Source: Candidatus Micrarchaeota archaeon
GTDB lineage: Archaea; Micrarchaeota; Micrarchaeia; Anstonellales; Bilamarchaeaceae
Direction: 5' to 3'
NCBI GenBank assembly: GCA_038046765.1
Contig: JBBSVN010000004.1
Coordinates: 1-64,000, forward strand
Length of the DNA stretch: 64,000 bases
The notes beneath the pieces were generated by a model. That model saw only the letters and a list, made by a program, of their open reading frames with translations. It did not search any database and had not been told where the DNA came from. Shown here in pieces: positions 28,711 to 39,244 of the stretch. A program made the translations under genes and the position numbers. Within the stretch, counting starts at the first letter, position 1. The number at the start of each line of letters is the position of its first letter.

Positions 28711-28787
28711 ATAACTATATGCAAAGTGGTTATTTAAATGGTTTTTCCCGTATAAACTAATTAAGAAATTACACGATAGTTGATAAT

Positions 28788-31568
28788 ATGGACCTTGATT
28801 TTTCAAAAATAGAACAAAAATGGCAGAATAAATGGAGAAAGGATAAAATATTTGAGTCAAACATAGACCCAAAACGAGAGAAAAAGTATATTACCGCGGC
28901 TTTCCCATACCCAAATTCACCACAGCATATTGGACATGCTAGAACTTATACGACCGCAGATATTTACGCGCGTTATCTTCGTCTTCGCGGCTACAACGTC
29001 CTATATCCAATGGCATTTCACGTAACAGGAACACCAATTTTAGCGATGGCAAAGCGGATTGCAAATAAAGAAAAGGATGTTCTTGAAGTTTTTGACAAGA
29101 TTTATGGAATAAACGAAAGCGAAGCGGCAAAACTTAATGAACCAAAAACCCTTGTCGCTTACTTTTCTAAAGAAATAGAACAGGGAATGCATGAAATCGG
29201 TTTCTCTATGGACTGGAGAAGAAAATTTTATTCTTATGATGAAAAATTTAATAAATTTATACAATGGCAGTTTAGAAAATTAAAAGAAAAGGAATATTTG
29301 ATTAAAGGAGAATACCCGATTGCATGGTGCAGATCGGATAACAATGCAGTAAGTGCGCATGATACTAAAGGAGATGTTGATCCAGAGTTAGAAGAAGTTA
29401 CAGCAATAAAATTTGAAGTTTCAAAAGATACATATCTGATTGTTAGTACTTATAGACCAGAAACGATTTATGGAGTAACAAATATATGGATTAACCCTAA
29501 ATTTGAGTACGTAAAAGCGAGAATTAAAACAAACCACAACAAAAAAGAAGAAGTATTGATATTGTCAGCTAAAGCAGCAGAAGCGCTTAATTTACAACTA
29601 CAATTAGAAATAATCGCCAGCGTTTCTGCAGAAGAACTGCTGAAGATGTCTGCTAAAAATCCGATTGATGATCGAAGCGTTCCAGTTTATGCAGCTAGTT
29701 TTGTAAAAGAAGATGTAGGAACAGGAATTGTAATGAGTGTACCCGCTCACGCGCCGCTTGATTATTTAGCTCTTAGAGATGCAGGTAAAGCAGATCACTT
29801 AATCCAAGTCGTATCCGTAAATGGTTACAGTTCTGCACCAGCTAAAGATGCTGTTGAAAAGTTAAAAGTTAAAGACCAGCTCGACCCTTTTTCGGAACAA
29901 GCAACTAAAGAAATTTACACTAAGGAAGCTTACGAAGGCGTAATGATTGTTGGAAAATATATTGGAGAAAAAGCAAGTTTAGCTAAAGATAAAGTTTCAA
30001 AAGAATTATTAGATTCGAAGCACGCACTAATGATCCATGTAATACTAAATCCACCAGTTCATTGCAGATGCGGTGCAAATGTAGTAGTAAATATAATCAA
30101 GGACCAGTGGTTTATCGATTACGGAAAACCAGAATGGAAAAAACTAGCTAAAGAAGCACTTGATGATGCGAACGTGATTCCGCAAAAAACAAGAAGCGAA
30201 TATGAGTACACGATAAACTGGTTAAAGACAAGACCTTGTACGCGTGCTGCGGGTTTAGGAACTAAGTTCCCATTTGATGAAACAAAGATGATCGAAGCAC
30301 TTTCTGATTCCACAATTTACATGGCATATTATACAATTGCCCATCTTCTTGAGGAGATTAGAGCAGAAGAAATGAACGATGAGTTTTTCGATTATGTGTT
30401 TTTAGGCAAAGAATCTGCAAAACACAAAACAGAAAACACAAAACTCAAAAAGCTTCGTGAAAGCTTTTTGTACTGGTACCCAGTTGATTCAAGGCATAGC
30501 GCAGGAGATTTAATTCGGAATCATTTAACACTTTATTTATTTATTCATACTGCGATTTTTGAAAAGAAACTTTGGCCAAAACAATTAGTTACAAACGGAT
30601 TTGTATTAATGGATGGCAAAAAGATGAGTAAAAGCATGGGGAACATTACTCCATTAAGAAAAGCGATCAAAGATTATTCAGCAGATATAATTCGGTTTGC
30701 AGTTGTAAGCGGAGCGGATTTAGCAACAGATAGCGATTTTTCAAGAACAGTAGCTGATGGCGTACGTTCAAGACTAGAATTTATTTACAAACTTGCAATT
30801 GAATCTAAGGAAAGTAAGAAAGTACATAAAATTGACCAATGGATACTTTCTAGAATTAATAAAAAGATAAAAAATGCAGAAAAACTTTACGAAGAACTTG
30901 CAATACGCGAACTTTCCTTAGAAATTTTCTATGATGTTGTTAGCGACCTGCAATGGTACACTAAACGAACAGATAAACCAAACTTAAAATCATTTTTAGC
31001 TAAATGGTGCGTATTAATTTCTCCATTTATGCCTCACTTTGCCGAAGAATTGAATGAAATTTTAGGCGGCAAGGAACTTGTTACTACATCGAATTATCCA
31101 AAGTTTAAGGATAAGATTGATGAAAAAATCGAAATGGAAGAAGAATTTGTTAAAAGTACACGAACAGATATAGAAAAAATAAGTTCGTTACTTGTAAAAG
31201 ACCCGACTACCCAAAAAGTAAAACAAATAGAAATCGTAGTAGCTAGTCCCTGGAAGAAAAAACTTTACGACATTGTTAAGAAAGAACAAAAGTTTGAACT
31301 AGTTATGAAAGCTTGCAGCCAAGACAGTGAACTTAAATCGCTTATGGCAGATGTTCAAAGAGTTGTTAAACAATTAGTTAAGAATGCGTATTCACTTCCA
31401 GAAACGTTGAACCAAAAAGAAGAAATCGAAGCATTAAACGATGCTAAAGGTTTCTTTGAAAAAGAGTTCGGATGCAGTGTTCACATAACAACAGATAGCG
31501 AATCAAAAAGCGATAGGGCAAAACTTGCATTACCTGGAAAGCCTGCGATAAGCTTGGAGATTGGATAA
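28788..31568 (+). CDS. leuS: Leucyl-tRNA synthetase, archaeal type
   Basis: AFPYPN..HIGH, TYRPET, GTGIVMSVPAHAP, KMSKS, ALPGKPAI. Confidence 0.97.
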   Translation: MDLDFSKIEQKWQNKWRKDKIFESNIDPKREKKYITAAFPYPNSPQHIGHARTYTTADIYARYLRLRGYNVLYPMAFHVTGTPILAMAKRIANKEKDVLEVFDKIYGINESEAAKLNEPKTLVAYFSKEIEQGMHEIGFSMDWRRKFYSYDEKFNKFIQWQFRKLKEKEYLIKGEYPIAWCRSDNNAVSAHDTKGDVDPELEEVTAIKFEVSKDTYLIVSTYRPETIYGVTNIWINPKFEYVKARIKTNHNKKEEVLILSAKAAEALNLQLQLEIIASVSAEELLKMSAKNPIDDRSVPVYAASFVKEDVGTGIVMSVPAHAPLDYLALRDAGKADHLIQVVSVNGYSSAPAKDAVEKLKVKDQLDPFSEQATKEIYTKEAYEGVMIVGKYIGEKASLAKDKVSKELLDSKHALMIHVILNPPVHCRCGANVVVNIIKDQWFIDYGKPEWKKLAKEALDDANVIPQKTRSEYEYTINWLKTRPCTRAAGLGTKFPFDETKMIEALSDSTIYMAYYTIAHLLEEIRAEEMNDEFFDYVFLGKESAKHKTENTKLKKLRESFLYWYPVDSRHSAGDLIRNHLTLYLFIHTAIFEKKLWPKQLVTNGFVLMDGKKMSKSMGNITPLRKAIKDYSADIIRFAVVSGADLATDSDFSRTVADGVRSRLEFIYKLAIESKESKKVHKIDQWILSRINKKIKNAEKLYEELAIRELSLEIFYDVVSDLQWYTKRTDKPNLKSFLAKWCVLISPFMPHFAEELNEILGGKELVTTSNYPKFKDKIDEKIEMEEEFVKSTRTDIEKISSLLVKDPTTQKVKQIEIVVASPWKKKLYDIVKKEQKFELVMKACSQDSELKSLMADVQRVVKQLVKNAYSLPETLNQKEEIEALNDAKGFFEKEFGCSVHITTDSESKSDRAKLALPGKPAISLEIG

Positions 31569-31580
31569 AGAAAGAAAAAA

Positions 31581-32519
31581 TTACCATTTAGCAATAACAT
31601 CCAAACCATTTGAGGAATGTGTTGCAACTAACTTTGGAATGTCTGCATATTCTTCTAAGGCCTGAGCCCAAGCTTTTTGCAGAATTTTTTCATAAGTTCC
31701 AACATATGCGTCAAAACCAGATTCGACTTCTTTAGATGCGACTCCTTCTTTTCTTTGAGCTTGTATTTCTTTAAGACCTTGAATATATTGTTCTGTTTGT
31801 CTAATATTTTCCGGATGTGTGGACTCCTCAATTTGGTGAATGCTTCTAACTAACAAATTTGCCTTTTCCCTTATTTCTTCAAGCAAAATTTGAGCATCCT
31901 CAACTTGGAATAATGAATAGCATTCATAATTTGCACCAGAACTGGTCTTCAAACCCTTGATGGAATCTAGATTTAGAAGAATCGTAGCATCAGAAGGTAG
32001 AGAAGCAGGCATATGAATGCGCGAACTAGTTTGATTGGCTCGATCTACAAGACGACGAACAAAACCGTGATTAAGTCTAGTTCTAAGTTCTACAGAAACA
32101 CCAGTTACAGGAGGGGTTTCTCTTAAATTATAATAATAAGCTGGAGGTAAAGTTGGGAATGTGGAATCATTTATTATTTTTACACTTAGGTGAAGCGCAG
32201 TTCTTATTACAAGCCTTACATAAGAATCATGATCTAAAGAGCTTAGAAATGCCGTTCTAGGCAGTGTTACAAATTTAGGAAGTTCTGAAACTAGAACGCT
32301 GGATTTAATTAATTCATCATGAGCGTGACTAAGTACTACAAAATCTTCTCTTGAATTTCTTCCTCTACCTTTATTAACATCCGATTTTAAAACAGGATTA
32401 ACATATGTATAAGAAAGTCTATCAAAGCCCCTTACACATGCTCGCTCGAATTTTGCAAGAGATTCTCCTCTTATCAACCCTAAATCATTTCTTCTTAAAA
32501 TTTTTGTAGTAGTTACCAT
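31581..32519 (-). CDS. Hypothetical protein
   Basis: 312-aa ORF with upstream GTGAT SD and TATA-like box; no recognisable motif. Confidence 0.7.
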   Translation of the reverse strand: MVTTTKILRRNDLGLIRGESLAKFERACVRGFDRLSYTYVNPVLKSDVNKGRGRNSREDFVVLSHAHDELIKSSVLVSELPKFVTLPRTAFLSSLDHDSYVRLVIRTALHLSVKIINDSTFPTLPPAYYYNLRETPPVTGVSVELRTRLNHGFVRRLVDRANQTSSRIHMPASLPSDATILLNLDSIKGLKTSSGANYECYSLFQVEDAQILLEEIREKANLLVRSIHQIEESTHPENIRQTEQYIQGLKEIQAQRKEGVASKEVESGFDAYVGTYEKILQKAWAQALEEYADIPKLVATHSSNGLDVIAKW

Positions 32520-32767
32520 AAAATCACAATCAGATATTAAATAGAACTATTTATAAATGTCAATTTTTTACAGATTTTATAACTTATGATACAAGAAAGG
32601 CGAACATATAAACATTATGCAGCTCAACATAATATTTTATTCAGACGTAAAATTATAATAAAAAAGATTATGCGGGCAAGCATTATGTTCTACAACATAA
32701 TCTTTGTAAGTGCCTTAAGCGCATACTTTTAATACTTTGCATACATTTAATACTTTAGGTGAATAAA

Positions 32768-33013
32768 ATGGCAAATGTTACTCTAAGAAATTTTGATGAT
32801 AGATTATATAAGGAATTAAAAAAAGAAGCAGTACTAGATGAGATTACAATTGTTGAAGCGCTTAAACAAGCCGTAGAGTTTTGGCTAACTAACCATAAGC
32901 ATCAGAAAAAGAAAAAAAGTATTTTAGATTACAAACCAATGGATTTTGGCCCTGGAAGCGAAAAAAGTAGCATAGAAATTGACGAAGTACTTTATGGTAG
33001 AGATGAAATCTGA
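32768..33013 (+). CDS. Antitoxin (RHH-like)
   Basis: ANVTLRNFDD; ends SIEIDEVLYG; TGATG-coupled to the PIN gene. Confidence 0.8.
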   Translation: MANVTLRNFDDRLYKELKKEAVLDEITIVEALKQAVEFWLTNHKHQKKKKSILDYKPMDFGPGSEKSSIEIDEVLYGRDEI

Positions 33014-33426
33014 TGGCAATTTTGATTGATACTGGAGTATGGATAGGTTATTCTAATCAGAGAGATCAGTATTATCAAACCGCATTAAATATAATGAAGG
33101 ATATTAATTCGGGTAAATATGGATCTATTTTTTCAACCGATTACATTATTGCTGAAGCAGTAAACTATTCTTTAGTAAAATATTCTACAGAAAAAAGTTT
33201 ACATATCGGAGAAACCATGATTAATACTACTGAACTAATCCATTCAAATCAGGATATTTTCGACAGATCATGGTTACTTTACAAGCAAGATAAGCAAGGT
33301 AACCCAGAAAAACCGCTTAGTTTTACGGATAGTACGATAATTGTAACCGCTAAAATGCTCGGGATAAGGTATATTGCTAGTTTTGATGCGAGGTTTAAGA
33401 AATATGTAGAAGTTGTAGATTACTGA
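33013..33426 (+). CDS. PIN-domain (VapC-like) toxin
   Basis: ILIDTG, IIAE, LSFTDST, IASFDARF. Confidence 0.92.
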   Translation: MAILIDTGVWIGYSNQRDQYYQTALNIMKDINSGKYGSIFSTDYIIAEAVNYSLVKYSTEKSLHIGETMINTTELIHSNQDIFDRSWLLYKQDKQGNPEKPLSFTDSTIIVTAKMLGIRYIASFDARFKKYVEVVDY

Positions 33427-33430
33427 TTTT

Positions 33431-34267
33431 ATGTCCTCCACCAACATCAAACAAATTCTTTCTAAAAAAATTCCAAAATCCAAGTTAGAACTAGTTGGGC
33501 GAAGTTTTGATATTGTTGGGAGTATCGCGATTGTAGATGTAAAACCAGAACTTAAAAAATATCAGAAAGATATAGCTCGTGCAATAATGCAAATGCATAA
33601 AACAGTAACAACAGTTTTAGCAAAAGCAAGTGCGGTAAATGAAAAGTTTCGAACTCGCAAGCTACGCTTTATTTTAGGGGAGAGGACTAAGGAAACGATT
33701 TACAAAGAAAATAATTGCATTATGAAAGTCGATGTTGAAAAAGTTTACTTCTCGCCTCGTTTTGTAAATGAACGAAAAAGCCTTGCAGAATTAGTAAAAC
33801 CAAATGAAAACGTGCTAGTTTACTTTGCAGGAGTTGGTCCTTACGCGTTAGTTATTGCCAAAAAAGAAAAAACTGCAAAGGTTGTTGGAATTGAACTAAA
33901 CCCCATTGGTGTAAAATATTTTGAAGAGAACATTAGGCTAAACAAGCTTACAAATGTTATTGCAATTAAAGGAGATGTAAAACGGCAAGCTAAAAAATAT
34001 GCAAACTGGGCTGATCGAATTATCATGCCACACCCAAGCGCTAGCGAAAAGTTTTTAGACAGCGCTTTTATTGCTGCAAAGAACGAATGCGTTGTTCATT
34101 TCTATACTTTCATAAAGGATGAGGACTACTCGCAAATAGAAAAGAAAATCGAATCATCTGCAAAGAAGAACAACTGCAAAGCAGAAATAATTAATCGAAT
34201 CGTAGCAAGGCCTTATGCCAAAGATACTTTTCAGGCATGCGTGGAGTTTCAGATTAGCAAAAAATAA
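33431..34267 (+). CDS. Trm5/Taw2-family SAM-dependent tRNA methyltransferase
   Basis: FDIVGSIAI, KENNC..VYFSPR, FAGVGPY, ELNP, DRIIM. Confidence 0.88.
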   Translation: MSSTNIKQILSKKIPKSKLELVGRSFDIVGSIAIVDVKPELKKYQKDIARAIMQMHKTVTTVLAKASAVNEKFRTRKLRFILGERTKETIYKENNCIMKVDVEKVYFSPRFVNERKSLAELVKPNENVLVYFAGVGPYALVIAKKEKTAKVVGIELNPIGVKYFEENIRLNKLTNVIAIKGDVKRQAKKYANWADRIIMPHPSASEKFLDSAFIAAKNECVVHFYTFIKDEDYSQIEKKIESSAKKNNCKAEIINRIVARPYAKDTFQACVEFQISKK

Positions 34268-34341
34268 TCAGCACTAATCTTTAAAAATTGTTATAGACAA
34301 TGTAATACTATTTATATATAAAAAATTAATTAGTGATAACC

Positions 34342-35061
34342 ATGCGTGCATTTACAAGAAGAGAATTAAGCCCGTCAGCAAAATCATTTCTAATTCCATT
34401 ACATAGCAGAGGAATGGCTTGTTATAGCGAGCAAACTAGCGGATGGTACTTTAAAGGCCTTGAAATATTCCGAAGAATAAAAGAAACCGCAGATAACGCA
34501 CCACATAGCGCACAAGATAGAGCAAATTTAAGAGGAATTAAAACGAACCTCGCAGACATCCTTGGAGAAAGAGAACTTGAAACAACAGGATTAGTTGGTA
34601 TTCGGGCATGTAAAGTAGGGGATATCAAGCGAGTAAAATTCGATCTGGTTACTCGCAGGGAAAAGTTAGTACTAACCGTAGATCACGCACCCAGATTAGG
34701 TATAGACGCTTATGTAGGAAGTTTCGAAAAAGAGGAACCAGATTATACTAGCCCAAATAAAATAGAAAGAAAAGAAGAAGATAATCGATCAAGAACCAGA
34801 TCGTCAACAACAAAAACAGACGCAAATAAACCGCCAGCAGTAAAAACAATAATCGCAGTAATGCCAGAACGAGCGGAAAATCCAAAGCTGGATTTGGATA
34901 AGGCACTTGGAATTAGAAAATCGAATACACAGCTAATCGCAGCGATCCTTGTATTAGTTGGAATTGCAGGAGCAGCAATTGCAGATGTAGTTTTAAACAA
35001 AAATAACAAAAAAACAAGCAACTCTTCGCTAGTACAACCTAAGCAAGAACCCCAAAGATAA
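34342..35061 (+). CDS. Hypothetical protein with C-terminal TM helix
   Basis: ORF with hydrophobic LIAAILVLVGIAGAAIA near the C terminus. Confidence 0.7.
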   Translation: MRAFTRRELSPSAKSFLIPLHSRGMACYSEQTSGWYFKGLEIFRRIKETADNAPHSAQDRANLRGIKTNLADILGERELETTGLVGIRACKVGDIKRVKFDLVTRREKLVLTVDHAPRLGIDAYVGSFEKEEPDYTSPNKIERKEEDNRSRTRSSTTKTDANKPPAVKTIIAVMPERAENPKLDLDKALGIRKSNTQLIAAILVLVGIAGAAIADVVLNKNNKKTSNSSLVQPKQEPQR

Positions 35062-35898
35062 AAACAAGAACATTCCAAGAACGATAGGCGGAAGCGCAGG
35101 ATAAACATTTTTCTCTTTATATAAAATGAAAATAAACGCGCTAAAAGAAATGATTGCTCCGATAAAAACCATAGCGCTAGCGATTGGACTAAATGACAAT
35201 AAACTAACTTCCAATAGAACGGGCGCAAGTAAATCCCCACCACCTAAGTCAACTCTTTTTTCTTCAGATTTACCGTACTCAGTTTTACTTGGAACATTTA
35301 CGCGTGAAGTAACTGTAAACGCCAAATCTTGTTTCACCATAAATGTAGCAAGTTCAACCATATGCTTCGTAATAAAAACAGCAAAAAAATCGTATACAGA
35401 GAGAAGTAAGAGGAATATTACGGCTGGCTGCACACCGAGTGAAACTCCAAAAACTACGCCAACGCCCGCAGTTGAAAGAATTGTTGCAGTATTTTTAAGT
35501 TGACCATAAAAGAATTTTAGACCGCCTAGTACAAGCCCTGCAATTATCGCTAATCCCATGCTTTGGTCAAAACCAAAATAGAAAAGTAAACGAAAGACTG
35601 CATAAAAAATAATCGAGGAAGAAGTTGAGATAAGGAAAACTTCTAGAAACTTAAAAATAATCGGATTTTTAACAAATTTTATAAAGCTAAGAAGCACCAG
35701 AGTACCAAACAGCATGTAGATAAAAAAGAAAATCGCGTTTGCAGTATCTTCTGAAGACACACTCACAGAAAAGGCTTCTTTTACATATGGATTAGTATTA
35801 ATGTCATTTACAATAACTACCCCTGTAACTAACCCAAGTAATTGAACTAAAATAAAAAATCCGAGTAATTTTAACAAGAGCTTTGCTGAATAATTCAT
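35029..35898 (-). CDS. Presenilin-like (A22) intramembrane aspartyl protease
   Basis: Multi-TM; VYD, LGGGD and PALPP motifs. Confidence 0.9.
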   Translation of the reverse strand: MNYSAKLLLKLLGFFILVQLLGLVTGVVIVNDINTNPYVKEAFSVSVSSEDTANAIFFFIYMLFGTLVLLSFIKFVKNPIIFKFLEVFLISTSSSIIFYAVFRLLFYFGFDQSMGLAIIAGLVLGGLKFFYGQLKNTATILSTAGVGVVFGVSLGVQPAVIFLLLLSVYDFFAVFITKHMVELATFMVKQDLAFTVTSRVNVPSKTEYGKSEEKRVDLGGGDLLAPVLLEVSLLSFSPIASAMVFIGAIISFSAFIFILYKEKNVYPALPPIVLGMFLFLSLGFLLRLY

Positions 35899-35943
35899 AT
35901 ATTTCTTTAGTGTCAAGATTTTTTAATATATCATGTTTATTAG

Positions 35944-37653
35944 ATGGATATGGCTGAGTTTGATGAACTTCTAATAACAACAGGAGTAGATGCACTAGTA
36001 AGACTAGTTAAGGAAAAGGAAAAAATAGAACTTGCAATTGCAGCAAAAACATTAGGTATACCTCAAAGTACGATTGAGGACTGGGCACATATACTTGAAG
36101 AAGAAGGGATAATATCCATAGATTATAGTTTAACAAAAATTTACTTAAGCTGGGTTGTACCCAAAGAAGACGAGATATTGGAAAGAGAAGGAAAAATAAG
36201 CGAAAGTAAAAAAGACATAAGTGAGGACATAACCAATCTTAGAAACAGGATGCGACCAGAACTTGAAAATTTTGAAGACTTTAAAAAGACATTTGAAGTA
36301 TTTTACCAAAAGATTTCTCCGAGATTAAAAGACATTGAATCAACACCAGTAAAAGCACCCAAAGAAGCTCAAGATGAATTAAACAAACAACTAGAAGAAA
36401 TAACGAAAAAAATAGCCGAAACCGAACAAGAAATAGAAACGGCAACAGAAGAATTTTCTGCTTTCAAGTCCAAAATTTTTAGTGAAAAAAAATCAGAGTT
36501 ACCTGATTCAGAACTGATAAAGAAAAAACTAGAGGAATTTTACGAGAAACTAGAACAGATGCAAAAAAAAGTTGAAAAATCCTCAAAATCAGTACCATTG
36601 GAAATGCCAAAATCGGCAGATATGAAAAGAGCTCTTGAAAACTTAAGGAAAGAATTTAGCGAGATTAAAAGAGCGTGCGGACTAGTCCGGGACGATATGC
36701 TTAGCCTAAAGGAGACTGGAGATGTAATAGGCGAGATGGGAAAGGAAATTAAAATCCACGAGCAAGAGATCACCGGAATGGGAAAGGAATTGAAGGATTT
36801 GATGGATGCAGCAGAACAGGTAAGCCAGAGAAGTGAGGCATTATTTGAAAAGTTAAAGAAGAATGAGGATATTGTTTCAAGATTTAATGACAGTTTAGAT
36901 ATTGCAAAGGGAGTATTCACAAGATTCCCAACACAGGAAAAACTAGAAAACGAGATAGAGAAGATTAATGAAAAAGAAGCTAAGGCAGAAGAAAAACTAG
37001 ATGCATTTGAAAAGATTTCATTAAGTTTGCCAAAAGATTTAAGTGCCGAATTTGGTTCGCTTAAAGAAGATATTGACGCAGAAATTGAAAAGTTAAAAAC
37101 TGAAGGAGAAACGCTGGCAAAGAGCATATCCGACCAGGGAGTACTGTATAATACATTCCAAAGAATAAGAGAAAAAAGTGCAGTTTCATTGCAGGCATAT
37201 AGTACGAGATTTAGCAGCTTAACGAATGATTTAATCGTTCTAAAAAAGCAGGCAACTGAAATCGGTAAAACTATTGATAGTTCACTCGATGCGTATTCCA
37301 AGAAACTTAAAGATAAGGACCTTAAGGAAACTGTTAGCGCACTTGAAGGAATAAAAGATAAAAAACAGACTTTAGATCAAATTAACCAAATGATAATAGA
37401 ACTATCAGATAGTGCTGAGGACGTAAGAAAGAAACTGGATCTTCTTAGTAAGGAATCTAAATTTTTAGATATGCGTGCAGAAGGAATAAGTACGACATCA
37501 GGCACGGCCCCAACAAAAGCAACAGTAACTAAAGAAAAGGAAGCCGAGATAGCTAAACAAGTGAAACTAACAAAAGACGAAGAAGATGAGTTTAGGAAGA
37601 AAAGAGAGGAGCTAAGAGACTTGATAAAGAAACTCTGGGAAGAGGGCAGCTAA
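35944..37653 (+). CDS. Long coiled-coil protein with N-terminal HTH-like domain
   Basis: ITTGVDAL..AAKTLG..IEDWAHILEEEG, followed by about 480 aa of E/K-rich heptads. Confidence 0.8.
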   Translation: MDMAEFDELLITTGVDALVRLVKEKEKIELAIAAKTLGIPQSTIEDWAHILEEEGIISIDYSLTKIYLSWVVPKEDEILEREGKISESKKDISEDITNLRNRMRPELENFEDFKKTFEVFYQKISPRLKDIESTPVKAPKEAQDELNKQLEEITKKIAETEQEIETATEEFSAFKSKIFSEKKSELPDSELIKKKLEEFYEKLEQMQKKVEKSSKSVPLEMPKSADMKRALENLRKEFSEIKRACGLVRDDMLSLKETGDVIGEMGKEIKIHEQEITGMGKELKDLMDAAEQVSQRSEALFEKLKKNEDIVSRFNDSLDIAKGVFTRFPTQEKLENEIEKINEKEAKAEEKLDAFEKISLSLPKDLSAEFGSLKEDIDAEIEKLKTEGETLAKSISDQGVLYNTFQRIREKSAVSLQAYSTRFSSLTNDLIVLKKQATEIGKTIDSSLDAYSKKLKDKDLKETVSALEGIKDKKQTLDQINQMIIELSDSAEDVRKKLDLLSKESKFLDMRAEGISTTSGTAPTKATVTKEKEAEIAKQVKLTKDEEDEFRKKREELRDLIKKLWEEGS

Positions 37654-37671
37654 TAAAAGGGCGAAAAATAA

Positions 37672-38031
37672 ATGGAAGAAGTCGATGAATTACTAGATAA
37701 GCTAAAAGAGTGCCCTGCGGAACAATTAGAACTTGTAGTATATGCAGCAGTTATAGAAAAACTAAAAATAACTGCAGAAAAAATATTTGACAGTTACTCT
37801 ACAGAAGAAGAGAATCCACTTGAAGTAAAATTTTTAACTAGAGACGCACTAATTAACGAACTAGAAACAGAGTATGGACTTGTAATAAGAAATCTACAGC
37901 AGGATATTGCAAAATTAATAAGAGAAGCAAAACAGGAAAAATTTTCTAAAAGTTTTACAGAAAAAGTATTTAAGAGCATAGAAAGAGAAACTTGGAATTA
38001 CATATATTCTAAATTTATCAAGGTTAAGTAA
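37672..38031 (+). CDS. Hypothetical protein
   Basis: 119-aa ORF in operon-like spacing. Confidence 0.7.
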   Translation: MEEVDELLDKLKECPAEQLELVVYAAVIEKLKITAEKIFDSYSTEEENPLEVKFLTRDALINELETEYGLVIRNLQQDIAKLIREAKQEKFSKSFTEKVFKSIERETWNYIYSKFIKVK

Positions 38032-38067
38032 GAGAATTATTCTTTATTATAAGTTTAAAGTGAAAAT

Positions 38068-39213
38068 ATGCTTAATTTAAACACTAAAAATCTGGCAAAT
38101 AAACTAAGAGATCCTTTTGCAAAACTCATAATAATTTATGTATTTTGGATGCTCGCTTGGATTTTAGCAGGTTCACTTTTTGAAGTTTATTTTCTTAGCT
38201 TAGGAATGAGTATCCATGAAATCATCTCAACAAGCATTTTCTGGTTTTGTGCGTCTTTGATACTTATTCCAATAATAAAGAGAATTGAATCCAAAAAATT
38301 CATGCTGTTTGGAATTTTTATTGCAATTGTGGCAATAGCACTCTTAATATTAGTTAAGGATAAAGAGATTGCATTTGTTTATCGTTTTCTTTTAAGTTTA
38401 ACTCAGGTATTTTTCTGGGTTCCATTTAACATTATTTTTTATGAGTTTAGAAAAAATAATAATGCGACTTTAGGAGCGATGTATTATTCCACAGGATCGA
38501 TACTGATGTTATTATTGCCAGGGCTTGGGGGCTACCTGGCACAAAATTTCGGATATCAATCACTTTATCTATCTGCACTCTTTTGTGCGGTTTTGACATT
38601 TGTCCTTGCATTTTTATTTTTAGAAAACAAAATTTATACGTATGATGCAATAGCAAGTCTAAAATCGATCAAAGGGTTAAAAACTCTGCTTTTTTTGGAA
38701 GGATTTGGAGCAGCAGTAATATTGTCAGTTATTTTAGAGGCATTACTTCTAAAATATCTTAATCAACCATTGGAAGTTGGTACATTTATTTCGATAGGTA
38801 CGGCAGTATCAATAATTGCGAGCTTTTTAATTGCAAAAGTTTCAGATTTAAGAAAAAGAAGAAGAGAATTTCTTATTGCATCTGCATTTGCACTTGGAAT
38901 TTCGAGCATTTATACCGGTTTAACCAGCGATTTAACTGGATTTTTTATTGGTTTTACGCTAATTAGCATTTTCAAAACAGTTTTCTTCCCACTCCCGCTT
39001 GCTTTAACAGTAGACAATTCTAAAAATTTAGTTCAGTCAATGCTTGGTCGCGAATTTATGCTAAATGTCGGAAGAATAAGCGGAACTATTTTTGTTTATG
39101 TAATGTTATTTGTTTATGACTTAAACTTTGTCCTTATAATGGTTAGCATCAGCATGTTTGCTTTTTACCCCGTTGTCTTTGAAATGAAGAAAAAGGAATT
39201 GAAAAGAATTTAA
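38068..39213 (+). CDS. MFS transporter
   Basis: About 12 hydrophobic segments; AKVSDLRKRRR motif-A-like loop. Confidence 0.85.
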   Translation: MLNLNTKNLANKLRDPFAKLIIIYVFWMLAWILAGSLFEVYFLSLGMSIHEIISTSIFWFCASLILIPIIKRIESKKFMLFGIFIAIVAIALLILVKDKEIAFVYRFLLSLTQVFFWVPFNIIFYEFRKNNNATLGAMYYSTGSILMLLLPGLGGYLAQNFGYQSLYLSALFCAVLTFVLAFLFLENKIYTYDAIASLKSIKGLKTLLFLEGFGAAVILSVILEALLLKYLNQPLEVGTFISIGTAVSIIASFLIAKVSDLRKRRREFLIASAFALGISSIYTGLTSDLTGFFIGFTLISIFKTVFFPLPLALTVDNSKNLVQSMLGREFMLNVGRISGTIFVYVMLFVYDLNFVLIMVSISMFAFYPVVFEMKKKELKRI

Positions 39214-39244
39214 TATATTTAAACTTATTCTGCATTATAAAGTT

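Noticed and set aside
28711..28872. N-terminal extension of the 571-aa ORF
   Set aside because: Overlaps leuS head-to-head; ATG 28710 gives a clean signal peptide
34743..37301. Antisense ORFs 34743-35243, 35126-35503 and 36540-37301
   Set aside because: Lie opposite better-supported genes; composition mirrors the sense codons
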